A stretch of 64,000 nucleotides of DNA from positions 19,290 to 83,289 of the forward strand of contig JBDZVZ010000004.1 of NCBI GenBank assembly GCA_040255945.1, written 5' to 3'. Position 1 is the first letter of the stretch. The number at the start of each line of letters is the position of its first letter. The DNA comes from Solirubrobacterales bacterium (GTDB lineage Bacteria; Actinomycetota; Thermoleophilia; Solirubrobacterales; Solirubrobacteraceae). The position numbers were made by a program, and so were the translations under genes. Of this stretch, positions 36,963 to 44,892 are shown piece after piece. The notes below the pieces were generated by a model. It was not told where the DNA came from and ran no database searches. It saw nothing but the letters and a program-made list of their open reading frames with translations.

Positions 36963-37829
36963 TCAGGCGCCGTGGTAGCGCGTGACGACGTAACAGCTGC
37001 CGCCCGCGTACGTGTCGTTGTGGACAGTGACGACGAAGACGCCCGCGCCCGACGGAGCCATGATGTCGAACGTCACCTTGTCGTCGGCGGCGAGGGTGGC
37101 CTTCGGGAGCGTGGCCGGGTCCGAGCCGTAGTAGCCCATCCAGGATGGGACGGTGCCGGTGCCCTCGTCGGTCCAGACACGGGTCATGCTGCCCTGCCCG
37201 TCGGCGGGGTGGAACCGCACGACCGAGTTGCCGGCGTCGCGGTTGCAGTCGACGCCGATCCAGCCGCGATACGGCACGTCGAGCGCCTTGTAGTCCTTCG
37301 CGCCGTTGCTGGCGTACGACGTGTTGGCCCGGAACTTGCCCACCGCGAAGCGTTCGTCGGCCTGGGTCTTCGAGTAGCCGTCGGTCTTGGCGAGGTAGCG
37401 GGCGTCGCTGGCGGCCTTGTCGTAGAACTCCGAGGTGTCGGGTGTGCCGGCGGGGCCGCGCTCGCCTTGGTCGCCCTTCGGGCCGGTCGCCCCCTGGTCG
37501 CCCTTGGCGCCCGGTACGCCGGGAGCACCGGCGGCGCCGGCCTCGCCCTGCGGGCCGCGCGCCCCCTGGTCGCCCGTCGCGCCCGCGCGCAGCGTGCCGC
37601 GTGCGAAGTCGGCGGCGGTCAACGAGCCGTTCTTGACCTTCTTGCCGGTGACGGCGTTCGTCTTCAGCTGGGCGCCGCCGACGCTGTTCTTCGGGAGTTG
37701 GGCGACCGCGTAGGACGTTCCTCCGAGCGCGATGAAGGCCGCGATCGTGGCCATGACGTTCGCGTAGGTGAGTTTGGAGAGCAACCAGGACATGGTGCGC
37801 ATGTCAGCGTGCCGCGGCCGGCGGCGCAT
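36963..37829 (-). CDS. membrane-anchored collagen-like (G-X-Y)16 repeat protein with tail-fibre-like C-terminal domain
   Basis: TM LTYANVMATIAAFIALGG, then 16 uninterrupted G-X-Y triplets (GATGDQGARGPQGEAGAAGAPGVPGAKGDQGATGPKGDQGERGPAGTP). Next come SDARYLAKTDGYSKTQADERF and a globular roughly 150-aa tail. Possible starts: ATG 37829, 37802 or 37793. Confidence 0.75.
   Translation of the reverse strand: MRRRPRHADMRTMSWLLSKLTYANVMATIAAFIALGGTSYAVAQLPKNSVGGAQLKTNAVTGKKVKNGSLTAADFARGTLRAGATGDQGARGPQGEAGAAGAPGVPGAKGDQGATGPKGDQGERGPAGTPDTSEFYDKAASDARYLAKTDGYSKTQADERFAVGKFRANTSYASNGAKDYKALDVPYRGWIGVDCNRDAGNSVVRFHPADGQGSMTRVWTDEGTGTVPSWMGYYGSDPATLPKATLAADDKVTFDIMAPSGAGVFVVTVHNDTYAGGSCYVVTRYHGA
37440..37583 (-). 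repeat. collagen triple-helix-type G-X-Y coding repeat (16 triplets)
   Basis: Counted directly from the translation. There is no interruption of Gly at every third residue. Confidence 0.85.
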
Positions 37830-37862
37830 CAGGGAGTTGCCCAGGAGCGGGCCGGCGCCGGG

Positions 37863-37878
37863 CGTTTCACATGAAACG
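37863..37878. promoter_or_regulatory. parS-like site 2
   Basis: CGTTTCACATGAAACG is the exact reverse complement of site 1. It lies in the divergent spacer between the collagen-like gene and rsmG. Confidence 0.55.
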
Positions 37879-37899
37879 CTGGCTACGCTGGCCCCGCGC

Positions 37900-38604
37900 A
37901 TGACCTCCGTCGACGACCGCCTCACCGAGCTCGCCGCACGCTGGTCGCTGCCCGTCGGTGCCGTCGGGCAGCTGCGGACGATCCTCGACGCGGTCGCGGT
38001 CGAGCCGATCGCCATCACGACCGTGCGCGATCCCGCGCAGGGCGTCGACGTCCACGTCGCCGATGCGTTGACCGGTCTCGAGCTCGAGCCGGTGCGGCGC
38101 GCCGCCACGCTCGCCGACCTCGGCGCCGGCGGCGGCTTTCCGGGGCTCGCGCTCGCCGTCGCGCGACCCGACGCGCACGTGCGGCTCGTCGAGAGCGTGG
38201 GGAAGAAGTGCGACTTCCTGCGGCGGGCCGCCGATGCCGCCGGCCTCGCCAACGTGGAGGTCGTCAACGCGCGGGCCGAGTCGTGGACGGCGGGGTTGGG
38301 GGCCAACGACGTCGTCACCGCCCGTGCGCTGGCGCCGCTGAACGTCCTCGTGGAGTACGCCGCGCCGCTGTTGCGCGAGGGCGGCGCGCTCGTCGCCTGG
38401 AAGGGCCGTCGCGACGTCGCCGAGGAGGCCGACGGACGAGCCGCGGCGAGCCGACTGGGCCTCGCGCCAGTCGAGCCGCGGCCGGTGGACGCCTTTTCGG
38501 GCGCCGGCGAACGGCACCTCCACCTCTACTCGAAGGTTCGACCCACGCCGGCCGGCTACCCTCGCCGGGACGGAATCGCCCGCAAAAAGCCGATTCGGGC
38601 CTGA
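37900..38604 (+). CDS. rsmG: 16S rRNA (guanine527-N7)-methyltransferase RsmG (GidB)
   Basis: VHVADALTGLEL, the SAM motif LADLGAGGGFPGLALAV, VESVGKKCDFL and VVTARALAPL. Conserved position before parAB. Confidence 0.88.
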   Translation: MTSVDDRLTELAARWSLPVGAVGQLRTILDAVAVEPIAITTVRDPAQGVDVHVADALTGLELEPVRRAATLADLGAGGGFPGLALAVARPDAHVRLVESVGKKCDFLRRAADAAGLANVEVVNARAESWTAGLGANDVVTARALAPLNVLVEYAAPLLREGGALVAWKGRRDVAEEADGRAAASRLGLAPVEPRPVDAFSGAGERHLHLYSKVRPTPAGYPRRDGIARKKPIRA

Positions 38605-38672
38605 ACCTCGAGTCGAGCGCGAGGGCGCCGCCCGGCCGTTTGACCGGCTCCGGCGCTACCGTGGCGCGGCGC

Positions 38673-39431
38673 ATGGGCACCGTGTACGCGATCGCCAATC
38701 AGAAGGGCGGGGTCGGCAAGACGACGACGGCCGTCAACGTCGCGGCGTGCATCGCCGAGGCCGGGTACGAGACGCTCCTCGTCGACATCGACCCGCAGGC
38801 CAACGCGACCGTCGGGCTCGGGGTCGCGAAGGACCACGTCCCGAACGTCTACGACGTCATCGCCGGCGAGGCGAACGCCGCCGACGCGCTCGTGCAGACC
38901 TCGATCGAGCGCCTCTGGGTCCTGCCCTCGTCGGCCGACCTCGCGGGGGCGAACGTCGAGCTGCCCCGCCAGGCGGGCTCCGAGAACCGGCTGCGCGACG
39001 CGCTGGCGCCCGTCCGCGACCGCTTCGCGTTCGTCCTGCTCGACTGCCCGCCGTCGCTGGGCCCGTTGACGGTCAACGCGCTCGTCGCCGCCGACCGGGT
39101 CATCGTGCCGGTCCAGACCGAGTACTTCGCCCTGGAGGGGCTCGCCGGGCTGCTCGACACGCTCGCGCTCGTCCAGCGCGAGCTCAACCCGCGGCTGACC
39201 GTCGCCGGGATGCTGCTGACGATGCATGACGGCCGCACCCGGCTGGCGCGGGACGTCGAGCGCGAGGTACGAGAGCACTTCCCCGACCTCGTCTTCGACA
39301 CGGTCATCCCGCGCAACGTCCGCATCGGCGAGGCGCCCTCCTACGGCCGTCCGGTCATCCACCACGACCCGCACTGCGTCGGCGCTGATGCGTACTTCGA
39401 GCTCGCCAAGGAGGTTGCGGCGCGTGGCTGA
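38673..39431 (+). CDS. parA: chromosome partitioning ATPase ParA/Soj
   Basis: VYAIANQKGGVGKTTTAVNVAA (deviant Walker A), LLVDIDPQANAT, FVLLDCPPSLG. Confidence 0.93.
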   Translation: MGTVYAIANQKGGVGKTTTAVNVAACIAEAGYETLLVDIDPQANATVGLGVAKDHVPNVYDVIAGEANAADALVQTSIERLWVLPSSADLAGANVELPRQAGSENRLRDALAPVRDRFAFVLLDCPPSLGPLTVNALVAADRVIVPVQTEYFALEGLAGLLDTLALVQRELNPRLTVAGMLLTMHDGRTRLARDVEREVREHFPDLVFDTVIPRNVRIGEAPSYGRPVIHHDPHCVGADAYFELAKEVAARG

Positions 39432-39438
39432 GCGCGGG

Positions 39439-40308
39439 ATGGGCCGCGGGCTGGCCGCGATTCTCAGCGTCTCGTCGCCGGAGGCCGCGGCGCCGGGCGA
39501 GCCCGTTGCCGAGCTGCGCGAGCTCGCCGTCGCGCTCGTCGAGCCCAACGCTGACCAGCCGCGGCGGCGCTTCGACGAGGAGGCGCTGCAGGGCCTCGCC
39601 GACTCGGTCGCCGAGCAGGGCGTCCTGCAGCCGATCCTCGTGCGCCCCAAGGCGGGCGGCCGCTTCGAGCTCGTCGCCGGCGAGCGGCGCTGGCGGGCCG
39701 CCAAGCTCGCCGGACTCGAGACGGTCCCAGCCCTCGTCCAGGACCGCGACGACGCCCAGACGCTCGAGGTCGCGCTCGTCGAGAACATGGCGCGCGCCGA
39801 CCTCAACCCGGTCGAGGAGGCTCGCGCCGTCGCCGCGCTCGTCGAGGAGCTCGGGCTCACGCGCGAGGCGGTCGGCAAGCGGGTCGGCCGCAGCCGTGTG
39901 GCGATCTCGAACCTCCTGCGGATCCTCGACCTGCCCGACGAGGCGCTCGCCCATCTCGAGGCCGGTGCGCTCAGCGAGGGCCACGGCCGCGCGCTGCTGC
40001 TCGCCGAGGACCAGGCCGACCGCCGCCGACTCGCGACCGCCGCCGTCGAGGGCGGCTGGTCGGTGCGGGTGACCGAGGACCGCGCGCGCGAGGCGAACGC
40101 CGCCGGCGCGGGCAACGGTCGTCGCGCACGGCCGGTGGTCCATCCGGACCAGGCGGCCGCGGCGAGCGAGATCGCCGACGCGCTGGGCTCCGCGCTGGGC
40201 ACCGAGGTCAAGGTCCGGCCTCGTGGCAACGGATACAAGGTCGAGCTCGCGGTGGGCTCCCTCGACGAGGCGCTCCAGCTCGCCCGGCGAGCCCGCCACG
40301 GCGCCTGA
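39439..40308 (+). CDS. parB: chromosome partitioning protein ParB/Spo0J
   Basis: MGRGLAAIL, NADQPRRRFDEEALQGLADSVAEQGVLQPILVR, ELVAGERRWRAAKLAG (ParB box), and an HTH (GLTREAVGKRVGRSRVAISNLLRIL). An alternative GTG at 39424 overlaps the parA stop. Confidence 0.9.
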   Translation: MGRGLAAILSVSSPEAAAPGEPVAELRELAVALVEPNADQPRRRFDEEALQGLADSVAEQGVLQPILVRPKAGGRFELVAGERRWRAAKLAGLETVPALVQDRDDAQTLEVALVENMARADLNPVEEARAVAALVEELGLTREAVGKRVGRSRVAISNLLRILDLPDEALAHLEAGALSEGHGRALLLAEDQADRRRLATAAVEGGWSVRVTEDRAREANAAGAGNGRRARPVVHPDQAAAASEIADALGSALGTEVKVRPRGNGYKVELAVGSLDEALQLARRARHGA

Positions 40309-40333
40309 GCCGCGCTACACTTCCCGCCTCCCC

Positions 40334-40407
<74 letters not shown>

Positions 40408-40460
40408 TGCGCGGCCCCCGCTGGCCGCGTTCTACGTTCCGGGCCCATAGGCTTGCGGCC

Positions 40461-41210
40461 ATGGACCTCGGGCTCAGCGGCCGCGTCGCGCTCGTCACCG
40501 GCGCCTCGAAGGGCATCGGCCGCGCCATCGCGGCCGCGCTGGCCGCCGAGGGTGCGGAGGTCGCCGTCGCCTCGCGCTCCGAGGATCGCATCGTCGAGAC
40601 CGCGGGCGCGATCAACGCCGCGGGCTTCGTCTTCGACAGCGGCGACCCCGGCGCGGCGCCGCAGCTCGTCGCGGCCGTCGCCGAGCGCCTCGGCCCCGTC
40701 GACGTCCTCGTCTGCAACACCGGAGGCCCACCGAGCGGCCCGGACGCGCTCGCCTTCGACGACGCCGACTGGGAGGCCGCCCACCGCAGCCTCGTCCTCA
40801 CCCCGCTGGCGCTCATCCGGGCCGTCCTGCCCGGCATGCGCGAGCGCGGCTGGGGGCGCATCCTCCAGGTCGCCTCCACCTCGGTGCGCGAGCCGCTGCC
40901 GAACATCGCCGTCTCCAACGTCGAGCGCTCGGGCGCGCTGGCGCTCTTCAAGACCCTCGCCCGGCAGGTGGCCGCCGACGGCGTGACGCTGAACACGATC
41001 CTGCCCGGCAACATCCTCACCGACCGGCTGACGTCGCTGCACGGCGGGGAGCAGGCCGCGCGCGACGCCGCGGCGGCCGTCGTTCCCGCCGGCCGACCGG
41101 GCACGCCCGAGGAGCTCGCCGCTGCCGCCGCGTTCCTCTGCAGCGGTCCGGCGTCGTACATCACCGGCACGGCCCTGCCGGTCGACGGAGGCCTGCTGCG
41201 CGCCACCTGA
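40461..41210 (+). CDS. SDR-family oxidoreductase
   Basis: VALVTGASKGIGRAIA (TGxxxGIG), NTGG, and a C-terminal ASYITGTALPVDGG. Confidence 0.85.
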   Translation: MDLGLSGRVALVTGASKGIGRAIAAALAAEGAEVAVASRSEDRIVETAGAINAAGFVFDSGDPGAAPQLVAAVAERLGPVDVLVCNTGGPPSGPDALAFDDADWEAAHRSLVLTPLALIRAVLPGMRERGWGRILQVASTSVREPLPNIAVSNVERSGALALFKTLARQVAADGVTLNTILPGNILTDRLTSLHGGEQAARDAAAAVVPAGRPGTPEELAAAAAFLCSGPASYITGTALPVDGGLLRAT

Positions 41211-41297
41211 ACGTCGCGGTCCGGGCGCCCGCCGGATGCGGCGGGAGGGCCAAGTCCCCGGCCTATACTTGCGCAACCCCCACCGAGGAGCACACCC

Positions 41298-41786
41298 GTG
41301 CAGGAAATGGTCATCTACGGCGTGAGCTTCGACATGGTCGGCAAGCAGCCGATCGTGCTGCTCAAGGCCGTCGACAGCAACAAGTTCCTGCCGATCTGGA
41401 TCGGGCATCCGGAGGCGGCGGCGATCCTCATGAAGCTCCAGGGCGCCACCACGCCCCGGCCGATGACGCACGACCTCCTCTGCGACATGCTCGGAGAGCT
41501 CGAGGTCCGGTGCACCCAGGTGGCGGTCACCGAGCTGCGCGACAACACGTTCTTCGCCGCGATCACCCTGTCGATCGGCGACAAGGACGTCGAGATCGAC
41601 TCGCGCCCGTCCGACGCGCTCGCGATCGCCGTGCGCTCCGGCGCGCCGATCTACGCGGCCGAGGAGGTCATCGCCGAGTCGGCGATCGAGTTCGAGCACG
41701 AGGTCGAGGACACCGAGGAGGTCGTCGACCGCTTCAAGGAGTTCCTCGACGAGGTCAGCCCCGAGGACTTCGCGTCGGAGGGCTAG
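41298..41786 (+). CDS. bifunctional nuclease (BFN/DUF151) family protein
   Basis: GTG 41298 lies 7 nt after GAGGAG. VGKQPIVLLKAVDSNKFLPIWIGHPEAAAI...RPMTHDLL...SRPSDALAIAVRSGAPIY matches the DUF151 pattern. Confidence 0.8.
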   Translation: MQEMVIYGVSFDMVGKQPIVLLKAVDSNKFLPIWIGHPEAAAILMKLQGATTPRPMTHDLLCDMLGELEVRCTQVAVTELRDNTFFAAITLSIGDKDVEIDSRPSDALAIAVRSGAPIYAAEEVIAESAIEFEHEVEDTEEVVDRFKEFLDEVSPEDFASEG

Positions 41787-41802
41787 GCGAAGGCCGGACT
41801 CC

Positions 41803-43911
41803 TCAGCGCAGCTTCAGCGTCTTCGTGATCAACGTCGTGTTACCGGCGTGGTCGGTCGCGCGGATGCGGAGCAGGTACGTCCCGCGGGCGAGCTTCGGCA
41901 GCGTCAGCGACCACTTCGCCCCACGGACCTTCGCGCGCGCCGTGGTCTTGACGAACGTCTTCGTCGAGCCCTTGACGAAGCGCTTGCCCTTCAGGACCAG
42001 CAGGCGCTTGCCGGCCTTCCGCGCGACGGCGATCTCGACGCGCGCCACGCCGGACCCGCCGGTGTCGCGCGCCGTGCCGCGCAGCGTCCGCCACCGCGAG
42101 CGGGCCGCGCGCCGCTTCGCGCACGCCTTCTTCGACAGGCGCTTGGGGCAGGTCGGCAGCGTGAGCGCGACCTTCGGCGCGGTCGTGTCGGTCGTCGCGG
42201 TCAGCGGAGGTCGGCCCTGCGCAGGCGGCTGCGGCGCGACGATGATCGAAGCGGTCGCCGTCCGCGCGTTGCCGAGGGCGTCGGCGCCGCGGACGGTCAC
42301 GGTGTAGGCCCCGGGCGCCGCGTAGGCGTGCGCCGCCGTGTCGCCGACGGCGGTCGCGCCGTCGCCGAACTCCCACGTCGTCGTGCCGAGCGGCGACCAC
42401 AGGTCCGCGAAGGCGGCGCTCAGGCCCACCGGCGTCCCGACGGTCGCCGCCGCCGGCACCGAGAGGAAGAGCAGCCGCGGCGGGCTCGCGTCGAACGCGA
42501 CGACCTGGCTCGTCCCGTACGGGCTGCCGAGGTCGCTGCGCAGGATGTTGGCGAACAGGCCGCCCTGGTGGTCGGTGTCGACATCGTCGAGCTGGAAGCT
42601 CGTGCCCGGCGCGACCAGGTCGCGCGCCCCGTCGGGCGTCGCGGACCCGTCGCGCCAGCGCACCGCCTGCAGGACCCCGGTGCCGCTCGGGCCGCCGATC
42701 GTCGCCCCGTAGACGAACATCGCGTCATCGCCGACGAACACGATCTCCGAGCCGCTCGTGTAGCTGTCCTTCGGTCCGGCCCCCATCTCGCCCGACCAGG
42801 AGCCGCCGCGCGGGCGCCGCTCCAGCCCGGCCTGGTTGTCGCTGCTCACGGTGCCCTGGCGCCCGTAGGCGACATAGGCGGTGCCGTCGGGCGCGACGGC
42901 CGCCGCCCCGGGGCCGCTGCTGGCGGCGGCATCGGAGACGAGCTGCTGGATCGGGCCCCACGCCCCGCTGGCACCGTCGCGGGTGGCCGCCCACACCTGG
43001 TACTCGCTCGCGCCGCTGCCGTTGTGCTGGAAGGCGACCACGGCGGTGCCGTCGGCACCGACGCCGAGGTGGGGTGCGGTCGTCGTCGTCCCCGAGGTCG
43101 GCGCCAGCGTGACCGGCGCGCCGAGGATCCCGTTGGAGACCGTCAGCGTCGCGACCTTCACCGTCGAGCGGTCGTCGCTGGTGCCTGCCGTTCCCATCCC
43201 GGCGTACTGCTCGTCCCAGGCGACCGTGACGTTGCCGGCGCCGTCGACGCCGGCCACGTCCCCGTAGCCCGTCGACCCCGCCGACGAGATGCCCTGCGGC
43301 GTCGACCAGGCGCCGGCCGGTCGGTGGACGGTGAGGAAGACCTGGCTGCGCCGCGGCTGGACGTCCTGGGTCGTGCGCCGCACGACGAGCGCCGCCGTCC
43401 CGTCGGGCCCGACGGCCGGGTCGCACTCGACGAAGACGCCCGAGCGCACCGTGTCGGTGGCGACGGTCATCGGCGCCTCCCAGGTCGGCGACCCGGCCGG
43501 GCGGTAGGTGACCTCGTAGCGGCTGGGGGCGGTCGCCGGATCAGGGCCGGTGATCGTCGTCAGGCACGCGGCCGCGGTGCCGTCGGGCCCGACCGCCACC
43601 TGGGCGCCGGCCGGCAGCTCGCCGCCCGGCTGCGAGGCCCGCGCCAGCTGCTCGCCGGTCGCCTCGCCCGGCAGCCGGCTCAGCAGCGACACCCGCGTCG
43701 CCAGCGGTGACGCCGACAGCACGGTCGTCGCCCCGAACGTCATCCGCCCGTCGGGGCCGACGGCCAGCGACGTCTGGTTCGCCGTCGCCCCGCCCCCCGG
43801 GATCGTCTGGGGCGCCACCCAGTCGGGCGCCGCCTGAGCGGTCGCGCTCAGCGCTCCGACGAGGGCGATGGTGAGCGGGACGAGCCGTCGGGCGCCTGAC
43901 ATGGCGCGCAA
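41803..43911 (-). CDS. secreted repeat (propeller-like) protein with PKD and Ig-like C-terminal domains
   Basis: Signal peptide MRAMSGARRLVPLTIALVGALSATAQA. At least six recurrences of (V/A)(G/A)(P/A)DG(T/R) blade-like motifs. PKD-like WEFGDGATAVGDTAAHAYAAPGAYTVTVRGADALGN. A basic Ig-like tail. Confidence 0.75.
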   Translation of the reverse strand: MRAMSGARRLVPLTIALVGALSATAQAAPDWVAPQTIPGGGATANQTSLAVGPDGRMTFGATTVLSASPLATRVSLLSRLPGEATGEQLARASQPGGELPAGAQVAVGPDGTAAACLTTITGPDPATAPSRYEVTYRPAGSPTWEAPMTVATDTVRSGVFVECDPAVGPDGTAALVVRRTTQDVQPRRSQVFLTVHRPAGAWSTPQGISSAGSTGYGDVAGVDGAGNVTVAWDEQYAGMGTAGTSDDRSTVKVATLTVSNGILGAPVTLAPTSGTTTTAPHLGVGADGTAVVAFQHNGSGASEYQVWAATRDGASGAWGPIQQLVSDAAASSGPGAAAVAPDGTAYVAYGRQGTVSSDNQAGLERRPRGGSWSGEMGAGPKDSYTSGSEIVFVGDDAMFVYGATIGGPSGTGVLQAVRWRDGSATPDGARDLVAPGTSFQLDDVDTDHQGGLFANILRSDLGSPYGTSQVVAFDASPPRLLFLSVPAAATVGTPVGLSAAFADLWSPLGTTTWEFGDGATAVGDTAAHAYAAPGAYTVTVRGADALGNARTATASIIVAPQPPAQGRPPLTATTDTTAPKVALTLPTCPKRLSKKACAKRRAARSRWRTLRGTARDTGGSGVARVEIAVARKAGKRLLVLKGKRFVKGSTKTFVKTTARAKVRGAKWSLTLPKLARGTYLLRIRATDHAGNTTLITKTLKLR

Positions 43912-43962
43912 TCTCTCACGGGACCGCCCTCGTGGGAAGGGCGGAGCGGTCTCGACCTGGTC

Positions 43963-44892
43963 TCAGCCGCGGGCGAGCGCCGCGTCGGTGAGCCGGCCGA
44001 CGAGCTCGGCGAACGGGATGCCGGCCGCGTCGGCGGCCAGCGGCAGCAGGCTCGTCTCGGTCAGCCCCGGGATGACGTTGGCCTCCAGGACGTGCAGGCC
44101 GCCGTCGGCGTCGCAGAGCAGGTCGACGCGCGCCACGTCCCGGCAGCCGAGCAGCCGGTAGACCGCGACGGCCAGCTCGCGGGCGCTCGCCGCCACCTGC
44201 TCGTCGAGCTCCGCCGGGCAGACGAAGCGCGTCTGGCCGAACTCGTAGCGGGCCTCGAAGTCGTAGGCGCCGTCCTGCGGGACCGCTTCGACGATCGGCA
44301 GCGCCTCGCCGTCGAGCACGGAGACCGCGAGGTCGCGCCCGTCGACGTGCTGCTCGAGCAGGACCTTCGACGAGTAGGAGAACGCGGCGACCAGCGCGCC
44401 GGGCAGCTCGGCGGCGCTGCGCGCGACGCGCAACCCGAAGCTGCTGCCCTGGTCGGCCGGCTTGACGACGATCGGGAAGCCGAGCTGCTGCGCGATGTCG
44501 CCCAGGGTCTCGGCGGCCCCGAGCTGCTTGAACGCCGTCTCGGTGAACGCGAAGAACGGCGGCGTCGGGATGCCCGCGTCGACGAAGTGATGCTTGGCCA
44601 GCACCTTGTCGGTGCAGCGGATGCACGCCGACACCGCCGAGCCCGTGTACGGGATCCCGAGGATCTCCAGCAGCTCCTGCACGGTGCCGTCCTCGCCGTC
44701 GCGGCCGTGCATCGCCAGGAAGCAGACGTCGGGGCGCAGCTCGCGCAGCCGCCGGACGAGGTCGTGGTCGACGTCGATGCCCTCGACGTCGTGGCCCAGG
44801 TCGCGCAGCGCGTCCTGGGCGCGCTGGCCGGAGCGCAGCGAGATCTCGCGCTCCAGCGAGCGCCCGCCCTTCAGGACCGCGACCCGTGACAT
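43963..44892 (-). CDS. ddl: D-alanine--D-alanine ligase (copy 2, DdlB-like)
   Basis: VAVLKGGRSLEREISLRSG, FLAMHGRDGEDGTVQELLE, VKPADQGSSFG, AYDFEARY, LEANVIPGLT. The ATG shares one base with the upstream aminotransferase stop (TGATG). Confidence 0.9.
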   Translation of the reverse strand: MSRVAVLKGGRSLEREISLRSGQRAQDALRDLGHDVEGIDVDHDLVRRLRELRPDVCFLAMHGRDGEDGTVQELLEILGIPYTGSAVSACIRCTDKVLAKHHFVDAGIPTPPFFAFTETAFKQLGAAETLGDIAQQLGFPIVVKPADQGSSFGLRVARSAAELPGALVAAFSYSSKVLLEQHVDGRDLAVSVLDGEALPIVEAVPQDGAYDFEARYEFGQTRFVCPAELDEQVAASARELAVAVYRLLGCRDVARVDLLCDADGGLHVLEANVIPGLTETSLLPLAADAAGIPFAELVGRLTDAALARG

